A stretch of 64,000 nucleotides of DNA from Eledone cirrhosa (lineage: Eukaryota): NCBI GenBank assembly GCA_964016885.1, contig OZ024742.1, forward strand, positions 149,978,001 through 150,042,000, given 5' to 3'. The notes beneath the pieces are model-generated. The model had not been told where the DNA came from. It saw only the letters and a program-made list of their open reading frames with translations, and made no database searches. Below, one piece after another: positions 1 to 13,679 of this stretch (position 1 is its first letter; the number at the start of each line of letters is the position of its first letter). The translations under genes were made by a program, and so were the position numbers.

Positions 1-78
1 AGAGAGAGAGACAGAGAGAGAGAGAGACAGAGAGACAGAGACAGAGAGACAGAGACAGAGAGGGAGAGAGAGAGAGAG
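1..78. repeat. (AG)n/(AGAC) microsatellite
   Basis: Direct reading. Confidence 0.95.
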
Positions 79-404
79 AATGGATGTGTGGGTGATTGTA
101 TGTGGAGACAAGTGACAAAGAGGAGAAATGTCTAGTAGTTGCAGTACAGTAGTATATATTTATGTCAGCAGTAAGCGATCAGCCATATGATCAAAGGTGA
201 TCCAGTCGTGACCATCTCATCACTTTAGGTTTAGCTAGGAATTAATCTGTCCAATGGGTCCCTCCTTTATAAGATGATAGGTCGTGATTTGAGGGTGACT
301 TGGTTAATGTTTCCAGCAGTTCGAACGGAAGGTAGATGGGGGGGGGTATTAAGGGGATTCAGATTACGAGGCAAACAGTCCAAAATATTACGTGGCGGAT
401 ACGG

Positions 405-810
405 AGAGAGAGGAGGGGAGGGGAGGGGAAAGTGTAGTAGGAGAGGCAGAGAAAGAGGGGAGAGGGTAGAGAGAAAGAGGGGAGAGGGTAGAGAGAAAGA
501 GGGGAGAGGGTAGAGAGAAAGAGGGGAGAGGGTAGAGAGAAAGAGGGGAGAGGGTAGAGAGAAAGAGGGGAGAGGGTAGAGAGAAAGAGGGGAGAGGGTA
601 GAGAGAAAGAGGGGAGAGGGAGAGAAAGGGGAGAGGGAGCGGGAGAGAAAGGGGAGAGGGAGCGGGAGAGAAAGGGGAGAGGGAGCGAGAGAGAAAGGGG
701 AGAGGGAACGAGAGAGAAAGGGGAGAGGGAGCGAGAGAGAAAGGGGAGAGGGAGCGGGAGAGAAAGGGGAGAGGGAGCGGGAGAGAAAGGGGAGAGGGAG
801 CGGGAGAGAC
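405..810. repeat. Purine-rich minisatellite (~22-bp units GAGAGAAAGAGGGGAGAGGGTA, then GAGAGAAAGGGGAGAGGGAGCG)
   Basis: Tandem units visible; source of the S/L/P-rich pseudo-ORFs. Confidence 0.9.
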
Positions 811-949
811 AACGACAGGAACAGAATACACGGAAAGAATGGAAAGAGAATGTGATAAAGAAAGAGCGAAGTTGAGAGAGAGAGGGAGAGTGTATGAAAG
901 AAAGAGAAGGACGCGGAGAGAGAGAGAGAGAAAGAGAGAAAGAGTGAAA

Positions 950-1494
950 GAGAGAAAGTGATGGGAGAGAGAGAGAGAAAGTGATGGGAGAGAGAGAGAG
1001 AAAGTGATGGGAGAGAGAGAGAGAGAAAGTGATGGGAGAGAGAGAGAGAGAAAGTGATGGGAGAGAGAGAGAGAGAAAGTGATGGGAGAGAGAGAGAGAA
1101 AGTGATGGGAGAGAGAGAGAGAAAGTGATGGGAGAGAGAGAGAGAAAGTGATGGGAGAGAGAGAGGGGAAGTGATGGGAGAGAGAGAGAGAAAGTGATGG
1201 GAGAGAGAGAGAGAGAAAGTGATGGGAGAGAGAGAGAGAAAGTGATGGGAGAGAGAGAGAGAAAGTGATGGGAGAGAGAGAGAGAAAGTGATGGGAGAGA
1301 GAGAGAGAAAGTGATGGGAGAGAGAGAGAGAGAAAGTGATGGGAGAGAGGGGAAGTGATGGGAGAGAGAGAGAGAGGGGGGAAGTGATGGGAGAGAGAGA
1401 GAGGGGGGAAGTGATGGGAGAGAGAGAGAGAGGGGGAGTGATGGGAGAGAGAGAGAGGGGGAGTGATGGGAGAGAGAGAGAGAGGGGAAGTGAT

Positions 1495-1540
<46 letters not shown>

Positions 1541-1850
1541 AAGTGATGGGAGAGAGAGAGAGAGAGAGAGGGGAAGTGATGGGAGAGAGAGAGAGAGAGG
1601 GGAAGTGATGGGAGAGAGAGAGAGGGGGGAAGTGATGGGAGAGAGAGAGAGGGGAAGTGATGGGAGAGAGAGAGAGGGGGGAAGTGATGGGAGAGAGAGA
1701 GAGAGGGGAAGTGATGGGAGAGAGAGAGAGAGGGGAAGTGATGGGAGAGAGAGAGAGAGGGGAAGTGATGGGAGAGAGAGAGAGGGGAAGTGATGGGAGA
1801 GAGAGAGAGGGGAAGTGATGGGAGAGAGAGGGGAAGTGATGGGAGAGAGA
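950..1850. repeat. Minisatellite AAGTGATGG(GA)n, dozens of units
   Basis: Repeated AAGTGATGGGAGAGAG with variable GA length; explains the 562-aa ORF 267..1955. Confidence 0.95.
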
Positions 1851-2205
1851 GAGAGAAGGGTGAAAGGTGACTAGAGAAAGATATTGAGAGAGAGAGAAGG
1901 GTGAAAGGTGACTAGAGAAAGATATTGAGAGAGAGAGCAGGTATATTGAAGTCAAAGTTTAGTAACGATTTAAATATACCACCCGCCTGCAAATATCATT
2001 GCAACATTCTTCACCCTTCATTGGACAAGGAGATGTCGGTGCTCAGCTGACTTAACCGATTTAAACTCCTTCATAACCATATTTCGAATAAAAGACGCTG
2101 CTTATAATTTTCAAATCATTAAAATATGCCAAGATAAGCTGACGTTTAGAACATAAAAGCACTTCTATATATAAATTTGAGCGACTTCCGTCCGCCCGTC
2201 ACACA

Positions 2206-2361
<156 letters not shown>

Positions 2362-2876
2362 ATGTGTGTGTGTAAAAGGAAAGAAGGGGATGCTGAAAAA
2401 ACTATAACAAACCAGCGGCTGGCGTTCCATTTGCTACGCTGTGTGTGAGTATGTTTATGTGTGTGTGTGTTTGTGTGAATGTTTGTGTGAATGTATGTGT
2501 GAATGTATGTCTGAGTGTGTGTGTGTTTGCCCATTTATATCTATGTACTCATACATATAAATGTATGCATATGCACAAACACACACTTACAAACATATAC
2601 ACATACGCGACAGCGTGTTGAAAAAAATCCTAATACATAAAATTATGAAGGAATGTTGTTTTAGATAACACTTTTGTTATCTAACAGTTTTGTATCATGA
2701 AACCAAGGGAGGATTCAGGCGGCTTGGTAGCAAAGGGTTTTTTTTCTTTATATATATACTTTATCAGTAGGGCTTTTCTTGTTTTGTGTATGAACATAAA
2801 TATCAGCTCTCTTACACTAGATCGAGCACTGTCTACTTTTATCCCATCCACGGATATACCTTTTGGTATACACATA

Positions 2877-2940
<64 letters not shown>

Positions 2941-2943
<3 letters not shown>

Positions 2944-3083
2944 CCGAGATCCATGGACGAGTTCTCTCCAGCGGCCTCTGTCCCTTATTATCGCTGCCAT
3001 GTCCTGCGTCTCCAACAGACCAGTGTCTGTCCTTAGGGCATCAACATACGTTAACCTTGGTCTTCCTCTTCTAGTGTGTCCAT
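2941..3083 (-). mobile_element. RTE-type LINE 3' fragment (inverted copy of 3424-3568)
   Basis: Reverse complement of 3424-3568; flanked by (TA)n on both sides. Confidence 0.8.
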
Positions 3084-3084
3084 G

Positions 3085-3136
<52 letters not shown>

Positions 3137-3235
3137 CACCCCCACTCTCACCAAGCGTGAAACTAATAATATGTGTAACATTTACTCCTGTGTTTGTTTG
3201 TTTTTCTGTTATTCCGAACTATATTTATATATATA

Positions 3236-3315
3236 TTGGGTCGTCAAGTATGAAATTTGTAAAAATTTATAGGAAAAAACAAATTTCTACAAATTTCATA
3301 CTTGACGATCCAGTA
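3236..3315. mobile_element. Small palindromic MITE-like element
   Basis: ~33-bp inverted arms TGGGTCGTCAAGTATGAAATTTGTA / TACAAATTTCATACTTGACGATCCA in TA context. Confidence 0.6.
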
Positions 3316-3319
3316 TATA

Positions 3320-3588
3320 TAAAAGTCAGCTCAAAAGTGACACAGAGGAGACTGAGGTTAGCTGGACATGCTCACCGACATCCAGAGTTGACATTGCACG
3401 CAGTACTCCTCTGGGAGCCCCTACATGGACACACTAGAAGAGGAAGACCAAGGTTAACGTATGTTGATGCCCTAAGGACAGGCACTGGTCTGTTGGAGAT
3501 GCAGGACATGGCAGCGATAATGAGGGACAGAGACCGCTGGAGAGAACTCGTCCATGGATCTCGGGAATTTTACCCGCCTCAGACATAG
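3320..3588 (+). mobile_element. RTE-type LINE ORF2 C-terminus remnant
   Basis: RRLRLAGHAHRH...LLWEPLHG..RRGRPRLTYVD...DRDRWRELV, typical RTE-clade C-terminal motifs. Confidence 0.8.
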
Positions 3589-3669
3589 ATATATATATAT
3601 GATGGCTGCCCCCTCGTTATCGAGTATAGCCATAATATACCATTATTAATAATATACTAATAATATATA

Positions 3670-3862
3670 GGGAGGTGAATTGGCAGTATCGGTAGAGGGT
3701 CGGACGCCATGCTTTGACGCATAGAGTTACGGCCCTTTCCATTCTGAGTTCAAATCCCGCCGAGGTTAACTTTGCCTTTCATCCTTACAGGGTCGATAAA
3801 ATAAAGTACCAGTCATGTACTGGATAATTGCTGGCCTTGTGCCAAAAGTAGAAACAATTATT
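3670..3862 (+). mobile_element. tRNA-derived SINE, full length
   Basis: Box A TGGCAGTATCGG, box B GAGTTCAAATCCC, core GCCTTTCATCCTTACGGGGTCGATAAAATAAAGTACCAG (resembles the MetaSINE domain), ATTATT tail. Confidence 0.9.
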
Positions 3863-3974
3863 AATAATTATTAATTAATTCTATCGTGCAATGCCTGAGC
3901 GTGAAAGTATTTTTTTAAAGTGAGGAAAGGCTGTGCATTGAGCCAATTCCACTCTCTGAGCGACAGTAGTTATA

Positions 3975-4010
<36 letters not shown>

Positions 4011-4329
4011 TTAGTACATTTTTTCAATGCTGTCTTTTTAACTAAGAACAGCATGTGTGAGTATATGTATTTATATACACACATATACGCGTGTGTGTGT
4101 GTGTGTATGTGTGTGTGTGTATACACACACACACACATGCATATTAGTATGGAACCAATATTTCTCTGTATATATATATGCACCCCCACACAAACTCACG
4201 GTATCTACTCCTACGGTAGGAGAAAGTAAGAGAATCCTGTGTCAGCATCGTAAAGCGATAGATTTTCTAAATTTCTGTCACAGAAATTGATCCCTATCTT
4301 TATCTCTCTCTTTTTCTTGTTTACAGTCA

Positions 4330-5005
4330 AGATAGAGAGGGGTGGAAAGAAGGGGAGAGAGAAATAGAGAGGGGGAAAGAGAGAAAGAGAGAAATAGAGA
4401 GAAAGAGGGAGAGAGAACGAGAAAGAGAAAGGAAAAGAGAGAAAGAGAAAAAGAGAAAGAGAGAGATGGGGAGAGAGAAAGAGGAAGAGAACGAGTGAGA
4501 GAGAGGAAGAGAACGAGTGAGAGAGAGGAAGAGAACGAGTGAGAGAGAGGAAGAGAACGAGTGAGAGAGAGGAAGAGAACGAGTGAGAGAGAGGAAGAGA
4601 ACGAGTGAGAGAGAGGAAGAGAACGAGTGAGAGAGAGGAAGAGAACGAGTGAGAGAGAGGAAGAGAACGAGTGAGAGAGAGGAAGAGAACGAGTGAGAGA
4701 GGAAGAGAACGAGTGAGAGAGGAAGAGAACGAGTGAGAGAGAGGAAGAGAACGAGAGGAAGAGAACGAGAGAAAGAGAGGGAGAGAGAAAATGAGGGAGA
4801 GAAAGAGGGAGAGAGAGAAAATGAAGGAGAGAAAGAGGGAGAGAGAGAGAAAATGAAGGAGAGAAAGAGGGAGAGATAGAAAATGAAGGAGAGAAAGAGG
4901 GAGAGATAGAAAATGAAGGAGAGAAAGAGGGAGAGATAGAAAATGAAGGAGAGAAAGAGGGAGAAAGAGAGAAAATGAATGAGAGAAAGAGGGAGAGAGA
5001 GAGAG
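4330..5005. repeat. Purine-rich tandem repeat incl. 22-bp GAGAGGAAGAGAACGAGTGAGA units
   Basis: Direct reading. Confidence 0.9.
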
Positions 5006-5333
5006 TACAAGGGTTTATTCTTTGACAGATTTGGTCTAGCTTGACAATTTCGCTACGATATCGATAAAAAGTCAAGTGACTGTACTTTTTATTCTTTTAA
5101 CATTGATATTACGTCATCATTTCTTTCACAGAACAATCGATTAACATAATATGCACGTACGCGCATGCACACATACGCTCAGCGCAAGCAAAGCTGTGTA
5201 GTGAAGTTCGGTTTTGCTCTACGTTCGGTCTCACAGCACTGCAACTTAGGTCAAGTATCTTTTACAGTCACAGGTTGAAAATGTTTTGCCAATCAAATTT
5301 GATAGACGGGAAACTGCGATTGCAGCTTGTCGT

Positions 5334-5378
<45 letters not shown>

Positions 5379-6042
5379 TGTTAGTGTATTTGTATGAGTG
5401 TGTGCGTGCGTTTGTATTTGTGTGTGAATGTGTATGTGTGAGTGTGTGTGTCTGTGTTTCAATGTGAGTTAGTGAGTGTGAGTGTATTTGTGTGAGTGTG
5501 TGCGTGTGTGGGCTTGTGTAAGTGTGTGTTTAAGTAAGTGTGAATGCGTGTGTGTGTTTGTGTGTGTTTCTGTTAGTGTATTTGTGTGAGTGTGTGCGTG
5601 CGCATGTGTATGTGCGTGCGTGCGTGCGTGCGTCCAAACGAATCGAGTTGTTTCCTTTTGTGTCAAAGAGGTGAAAGAGGTAACTTAACCATTCGATAAA
5701 TAGAGATCGATAAAATATGCATCAGACTGAAATAATGATTCGGGTCGATATAATCTGAAAGCAGTAAAATAACTAAAACCGATAAAATGAGAGAAAAAGA
5801 AAGAGATAGTGAGGGAGAGTGTGTGTGTGGGTGCGTGCGTGTATGAACTGTGTGTGTGCGTGTATGTATTAATGAATTTAAATAACATACTCTACCAACA
5901 TGTATTACATAAGTAGTCCCTTCCTCTTTCATCGGCAAACTCCATTTGAAACAACACACGCACAGAGGAACACATAAAACACACTATAGAATAATGGCTT
6001 CCCTATATCTTGTTTATAACAATTTACTGACATTATTTCGTT

Positions 6043-6417
6043 TGGTGAATTGGCAGTATCGATAGAGGGTTGGACGCCATGTTTTCTAGCATAGCTACGT
6101 CCCTTTACAGTCTGAGTTCAAATCTCGCCGGGGTTAACTTTGCCTTTCATCCTTACGGGGTCGATAAACTAAAGTACCAGTAATACACTGGGTAATTGCT
6201 GGCCTTGTGCCTAAAGTAGAAACAATTATTTCGTTTGGCAGTATCGGTAGAGGGTCGGACGCCATGCTTTGACGCATAGAGTTACGGCTCTTGCCATTCT
6301 GAGTTCAAATCCCGCCGAGGTTAACTTTGTCTTTCATCCTTACGGGGTCGATAAAATAAAGTACCAGTAATACACTGAGTAATTGCTGGCCTTGTGCCTA
6401 ACGTAGAAACAATTATT
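6043..6417 (+). mobile_element. Two tandem copies of the tRNA-derived SINE
   Basis: Copies at ~6043-6229 and ~6236-6417; ATTATTTCGTT occurs at 6032, 6225 and 6412. Confidence 0.92.
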
Positions 6418-7833
6418 TCGTTCGTCATTTCCCGATCTTTTTCTTAAATGATGTTTTATATATGATGGCCGATGCGATATAGAATCAAACAAAATTTCTT
6501 TCGGTATTTAATTATCACTATTTTAACCTTCTGAGTTCAAATGTCACCAGGTTCAACTTTGCCTTCCATCCATTCGGGGAAGGAAGGAAGGAAGAAGGTT
6601 CGATAAAAATAAATGCCAGCCAAATACTGAGTAATCGATATAATCGGTTAAATTTTTCTCCCATGATCCTGAAGAATGTGTGATATTGATACCAAACCAC
6701 CTGAGATTAGCCTCCTTTCTTTGACATAAAACTATGTTTTAAAATGTTTATAAATATCTAAAATCCTTCCATCATAAGGACATTTATTAGGATGTTTCAA
6801 ACACCAGATTAATATGAGAAAGTTACATTACTGAATCCCTCCAAATTCTTAATTATTTCTAAAGTTATTTGGAAATTATAGGCAGCAATGTGTTTAATTA
6901 GAGATATGATGAGAGGGTTAACCTAGAAATCAATATATAACTCTCGTGAATAATTTAATTATAACTGTGACACGACATGAAAGACATCGCCAGACTAACA
7001 TAGTTTTCTTGATTTGTCTGTTGGTCACATGGTATGTCGTCTGCTCCCCCCCCCCCCCACACACACACCACACCTCTTCTCTCTCTCCAGATACATCTTT
7101 CACTAACTCCTCCTCTACCTCATATCTACCTATCTTTTTTTTTTCTTTGCATTTTTCCTTCTTTTCCTCACTTTGGTTTCTGAACACGCACACACACACA
7201 CACACACGCGCGCGCGCACACACATACACACACGTACGTGCGCGATTTAAAAAAATGTGTTTGTAAGTGGGTAGGAGATATGAAGTGTTATTAAGTTATT
7301 GTTTAGTCCCAAGTCAGCTATCATCGTGCAAACCTTCGATCGAAGACCCCTATTTTCTTATGAGCGGGCAGCCAAGGACGACATCCTATCCTAAGTTCAT
7401 AGGAGATTTCGCTAGTATTTCTAGCAAGTCAGGTGACCACGAAGTGCCGTATTTTTTATCTATTCTAACTGATTTACGATTGTAAAAATATCACATTAAC
7501 TAAATATCTCTTAAACTAAAATAGGCTTTGAACATTGATAAAGTATAAAAAAAATTCTTCGATGATCACGAGTAGTCATATTGGAATTGTGTCAGCGACA
7601 AGATCGCAAATAACGCGACGATTATTCTGCCACCACGAAATAAACGAAAAATATAAAATAAACAATAATAGTTTTTGGAGTGATTTTTGGATGGTTAAAC
7701 GATATACGACGTGGAGTAAGATCTGTGATTGGCGAAAAGAGTAAGAAAACATTGATTTTTATTAGATAGAAAACAAGAGTATCAACTTGACTGTTGACGA
7801 AGTCGTTAGATTATGCGGAAGATGCCTTGCAGT

Positions 7834-8004
7834 CAGTGCCGGATTTACCATCGTGCTTAGGTATGCTTAAGCACAGGGGCCCGTTGGCCTGGGGGGAGGG
7901 GGCATCTTCCTGCCAAAAAAATGTTTTTACCTCCTTCAGGGTCCAAGTAAAGGGCCTCATAACTTAACTAGCAGAGGGCCTCATTTGTCCTAAATCCGGC
8001 ACTG
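7834..8004. mobile_element. hAT-type MITE
   Basis: 14-bp TIR CAGTGCCGGATTTA / TAAATCCGGCACTG; perfect 8-bp TSD CTTGCAGT. Confidence 0.9.
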
Positions 8005-10744
8005 CTTGCAGTATTTATTTTAGCTCTTTCAGGATGTTCTTCTACAATCTTTATTTGAAAATGAATGAGTTAGCAGCCAGAGGAAGAATAACCTAACAAT
8101 TTTAGAGAAAGGAAGGACAAAAAAGAACATCTACGTATAAAAGTATGTAAATTATATTTTCCTTGAAAAACTGAAGTAACAACTAACTTTAAAAATTTGA
8201 GCTATCATTTTTCTTTAAAAGACCAGAGAATAGAATTGAAATAGAAAATGAAGTCAGTACTATGAAGGATAGCTAGCCAGTAAAAAAAAGTTGTACTAAT
8301 GAATGTAGTTACAATTTTAATATGTAAACCTTTCAGTTCGTTCTGGGTTTTATAGACAGAAAAAATTATATAAAGCAATAACGAAATGAAGACTAGAAGA
8401 AATAGAAAAGAAATAAAACATTAAAAAAAGAAGTGAAGATGAGGAGGGAATGACAGACTACACCCCAATCTGAGCGGTATCTCTCAGTTTCATCCTACAG
8501 ACCAAATGGCGAAAGCATTGCCATGGAGAACGGCCAGCAACAGCCACTCCGCCTCAAAGTACTCTTTCATTAGGTGGATTGCAATTTTTCTGATTTTGTA
8601 AAAGAAAATGACACTCCGGGGACCTAGGATGCCCGAAGTCTCGATAACACCGGCATGAAGAGGAAGCGGTCTGTAAATTAAGATTGGATCTGGAATATCG
8701 AAGTACAATCTTCACAAATACTGAAGAATATTATTGACATGTGGAGTATAAAGTTGTTGCTATTCTTCTTTAGTCCCAGATCATCCCTGCTCTAGAAAAC
8801 CTATGATCCACACCCATGATATTGTTGGTTGTTCAACCCCAAATCATCTCTGCCTGAGGAGATCAATTATTAAAGCCATTCTAGTAATGACCCTCCTGTA
8901 TTTTTAGACAGCGTATTTAGAACTACATGATCTAATGTGTCTTTTCTTATTTAAGACAGTCGGTGAGATTTGAGGAAGATTTAGCTGCTATTTCCATTTA
9001 GCAACTACGTAGTGTCTCTCATACGTGGAAATTGAGTGTTATCAGAGGAAGAAATGAGATCACAGTTTTCGTTGAACGATGGAATAATTCAACTAGAAAT
9101 TTAAAAGATTCATTCACCTTTAAAAGTATTGGCACGTAACAGTTCTATTTTTTGTTAGAGGGGCACACTTTTCAATGAAAAAAAAAAAAAATCCTAGTGA
9201 AAAAGCATTTGCTATTATTTGCGATTGAAAATATCTAAATAATATTACTGAAGAGAAGGAAAATTGAAAAAATAGAGAGACGTGGAAAGATGACATTTTC
9301 TTTTCCTTTAAATTGAGCAATGTTAGGAAACGAAAGTTTTTTTTAGTGAATAACTGGAATAAAAATATTCGAAGCGGAAGATATACGATGCAAAGATGGA
9401 AGGGGATTAATAAATAGCATCAGATAGCATGATAGTAAAAGCGAGTGAGTGAAAGGGAGAGGCTGCAAAGAAAGAAGGATATAATGATGAGGGGTGTGGT
9501 GGGGGATCAAGAAAATTGTCGGAATCAAATGAGAGTCAAGTGATTGCTTTCTACCGGGCCATTTCAATTTCATTAGACAAGTGGGGGAAATAGTGGTTGT
9601 AACAGTAATAGCAGCAGCATTAGTAACTGTATTAGTAATAATACTGATTATGGTCTTCTGCCGATAATTGTGATAAGGGAACTGAACGCAATTATCATGA
9701 TGAAGATAATGGTGATAATAGGGATAAATAGGATAATGATAATATTGGACTAGGCAATAAATGTATTGGTCTAATAAGACAGGCATATTTTATTGGTCTC
9801 AGAAGGGTGCAAAATTCGCAAGAATTGAACTCAGATTGTAAAGAGAAGTAAATAGAGCAAATCACAAAAAATGTGTAGTTCTATCACTATATATTTAAGT
9901 TTTCACGATGATATCTATTATATTAAATGTAATTTCAGGAGTGGATTAAGCCTTGCATTGTGGACCCTGGCGGAAAATTCCATCGGAATCCCTGTGTCAT
10001 GCTTATAATAACTACACGATTAATTTTGGTCCCTTTAAGTATTGAGGAATCTTGGCTATTGCCTAGTCAGCCTTTTACCCACCTCATCGCTATAATTTCT
10101 TACCAGATTCAAAGTATTTCACCGGGAAAGTAATATATTACTTACCAATAACATTTCATCTCTAAAATCAAAAGAAAACCGACAGAAAAACATGATTTTT
10201 TTTTCTTTTGTAATTCTATACATGACGAAGTTTCAGTCAGAAGCCCGGTGGGTAATGGTTTTAGACTAGGAATATTAATCGACATAATTGTTTAACTTAT
10301 TATTGATTTTATCGATTCTGGAAGGATATAAAAATTTGACCTCAGTAGGATTTGAACTAGATTAAATCGTAGTAGTATATATTCCCGCAAAATATGCCTA
10401 AAGTATGAAAATAAATAAAAATAACAAATGCAATTTTAATATGAATCTTTCATTTTTATGAGAGTGTGCTTTAAAGAAGGTGCAGACATGCCATACGCAT
10501 CATATAAAGCTTTGATTTTTAAAATTTCTTGCTCTCTAGTTTTCAGTATTAAGTATTGCCATGGAAAGTAAAGCTGTCATTGTGGAAGTTACAATAAGGT
10601 GACATTTATAAGGCTATGCTCTTAGTATTTGATTTATGCTTATTTGTCACCAGGCAGGTGAAATCGACCTCGGAGATTTTAACTACCGATTTTGCCATCT
10701 ACCACTCTAGCAATGATGTAATAATGATGTAATAATGATTTCGT

Positions 10745-10900
10745 GGATAGACAGAATCGTTAGACAGTCGGACAAATGTCTTACGGTATCTATTACATCC
10801 CTTTACATCCTGCATTAAAATCCAGCCTTTCATCTATCCAGGGTCGATAAAGCAAAGTACCAGTCAAGAACTGTGGTTGATATAATCAAATCTACCCTTT
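10745..10900 (+). mobile_element. Older, diverged SINE copy
   Basis: GCCTTTCATCTATCCAGGGTCGATAAAGCAAAGTACCAGT core. Confidence 0.65.
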
Positions 10901-11495
10901 TACTTTAAAATGTTTGAAATCAATAATGAAAAAAACAAAAAAAAATAAAAGAACTAGAGATGGACATGCAATTTTTTTAGCGGAGATCTGAGATCTGACA
11001 GCAGCTGCGATAAGTGGAGAAGACTGGTATGTAGAATGTCATGACGGCGCTTCTATGATCTATGATCATCAAGATTAAGGGTACAAGTGTGTGTATGTAT
11101 ATATTAACTAGGACTTCAAAGTTTCGACTAGTATGTGTCTTATTCGGTCTGAACAAGCGGCACATCTTCAGAATTTTAATAATTATCAGATTTACACATA
11201 TTAAGTCCTTTATTCAGCCAGTATTTTTTTTTTTAATGCAAAAAGCATTTATTTTTAACTATAAATCTATACATAAATCTCAGAAATCCAGCGAAATAGA
11301 TTTGAAAATAGCAGATAATGCAAACATACATGTACAGACACAAACCATTGCATACTACACCCCCTACATACATTTAGTACACATACACACAGACTATTTT
11401 GCAATGTCCTCACATAAATACACACAGGTATATATAAAAAAGTAACCAGCCACACTCTGCATTCTGTGTGTATGTTGAATACACTGGTATGCACA

Positions 11496-11657
11496 CATCG
11501 CCGGATTTACGACAATTGAGGCCCTGTGATAGTTAAGTTAAGCCCCTTACTTGGGTTCTGAAAGAAGTAAAAAGTTTTTTGGCAGGAAGATGCCCCCCGC
11601 CCTGGCCAACGGGACCGTGTACTTAAGCACACCTAAGCACAATGGTAAATGGCACTG
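11496..11657. mobile_element. hAT-type MITE, same family as 7834-8004, opposite orientation
   Basis: Degenerate TIRs; internal sequence is the reverse complement of the 7834 copy; degenerate TSD TATGCACA/TATGGATA. Confidence 0.75.
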
Positions 11658-12369
11658 TATGGATACATACAACACCCCAGCGATTCATTGTATCGTTGCA
11701 CCTTTTATATACACATGCATAACCGAAAATATAGCTTGATAAACTCAGCTAAATAGGAGATCGCATTAGTTTGCAAATAATTCTTTCTAGCATTGGCACA
11801 GTAATTTGGAAAAAGTGTAAAGTTGATTAAATCAACCCCAATACTTAGAAGCTTCCGCTTCTTGTGACACACGAGGCAGCGAAAGTGCTCCAATGACCTT
11901 AGTCAGTTGCATCTATCAATACATCGTTCCAACTTTTATTGACAGGATTCAGGTCCCTATCGATTGTTTGCCGCCAGTTTATCTTAGGATGTCATCTTTG
12001 TCACTTTCCATGGGAGTACCAATGCAGGACCTGATTAGTATGTCTCTCACTTGAGAGTCATGTAACGTGTCCCAACCAGCCAAGTTGACACTTGCACTTG
12101 ATGTTAGACACACGTTGTTGGTGGGTTTGTTGACGGACTTCTTTGTTGATGAAGTCATTCCACCTGATACCAAGGATTTTCTGTAGTCATTTGGTGTCAA
12201 AAGTATCTAATTGGTTCTCTTGGTTGGTCTTCACACTTCATGTTTCAAACCTATACAAGAGGGAAACGGGGAGTGAGACGACCAGCCAAGAAAACCTCAA
12301 TACTTGGCTGGTACTTTATTTTATCGATCCCGGAAGCATGAAAGGAAAAATAATATTAATAATAATAAT

Positions 12370-13330
12370 ATTTTCTTTATTGACCACAAAGCGTTTATAA
12401 AAATGCATTAAGGACGGCACAAGACGGTACAATGTGGATTTCTGCGTGGAAAAATGAGCATAAAACAAAAACAAAGGATGTAACAAAAATAGAAACAAAA
12501 GAAAATTCTCCAATAGAGGGGAGATTCCGAGAGTTACTCGTGCGAAAAGCCCACAAAAGCCACAATCACCCTGACCGTCAGTGCAAGTGCCCTTTCTCAT
12601 GTGTCCTCCCTCAATCTACAGGCATAGAGCAAGCCCATTCACTCGGGCCATTCTCGCCTTTTTCACCCACCTTTCAACAAGTTGCTTTGAAGACAGCAAG
12701 CACTTCCTTCTCCTCCCTCATTTTCTTCTTCAAGTGAAAGCTGAAGACGTTAATCAGGAGTCACCGAAGAGAAAAGTGTCCGTCTTCAGCCCTTTCAGAC
12801 GCGTCCACCATACAACCTCTTTGGCCATGGCCACAAGACAGACAACCTGCCCTTCCTTAGCTAGGAAGGGTGGTGGGGGTTATTTGACGATGGACCAGTT
12901 GACAGTCGGACACGACCTACATGTGACAGCAGATATTCGGGATTAATCCACATGCCAGCGATACTCGGACACGAGACGAGTGCGTGCACGGTGGTTTTGT
13001 CGCTCTTTACGCATCTCGGACATGTCCGGCTGATGGCATTTCCATGTGGGGTTTATCTCGGACCGGAAACGCTCCTCGGTAGCTCTGCCAGGCCAGGGAT
13101 TTCTGGAAGGTACCCTAGGCCCCGACTGAAAGTCCTGCGAAAGAGAATGGCTAGTTGATTTTCGTCGACGTCCAGAGTCCCCCCCCCCCCAAACGTCGTC
13201 GCTTATACCCATCACTAATACTTTATAGAACGCCAAGGTGGAATTTCCATTGATGGTAGTGCCCAATTGGCTAAGGGCTGCGAGCGCTTGAATACATTTT
13301 AGCCTCCAAGCGCCCTCCCTAAATCTCCAC
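12370..13330 (-). mobile_element. Tx1/L1-type LINE 3' fragment
   Basis: Broken minus frames give RC...TTVHALVSCP....W (CCHC-like) and VAMAKEVVWWTRLKG; AATAAA plus (ATT)n tail at the left end. Confidence 0.65.
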
Positions 13331-13679
13331 TTGACCCAGAATAAAAATAGTGGCACCTTAAAACCTATACAATAACCAATGATAGTTGGTCCACTTAAAA
13401 TGATAGAAAGGGGAACTATCAATATTTTGACTTGATACCTGGAAAGTCATCTCTGCAAGAGATACAGAAAATAGTGCTGACTGGTACTGTCCATGTCCCG
13501 AGAAGCGCATTATTAATTTAAATAACTTGCAAATACGTTTACTGTTTATTCCCTTGCGGTATCATTTGTATGGTAATTGATTGTTAAATGTGCGTTGTAC
13601 TATTTTTGCTTCGGGTGTCAGGTTGACATTCGACTATATGGGAAAGAAGCAGAATTCGAAGCAAGTTTCAAATAATAAT

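Noticed and set aside
950-1850. CRISPR-like array
   Set aside because: Spacers are just variable (GA)n; eukaryotic context; no cas genes.
267-1955. 562-aa ORF and other S/L/P-, YI-, CV- or HT-repeat ORFs throughout the window
   Set aside because: Translations of micro- and minisatellites; no domain content.
3670-3862. tRNA genes at the A/B box motifs
   Set aside because: Heads of a multi-copy SINE; no complete cloverleaf.
10980-11030. Small exon (TTTTTTAG ... GTATGT)
   Set aside because: Reads like an RTE C-terminal remnant (DKWRRLV); no partner exons.
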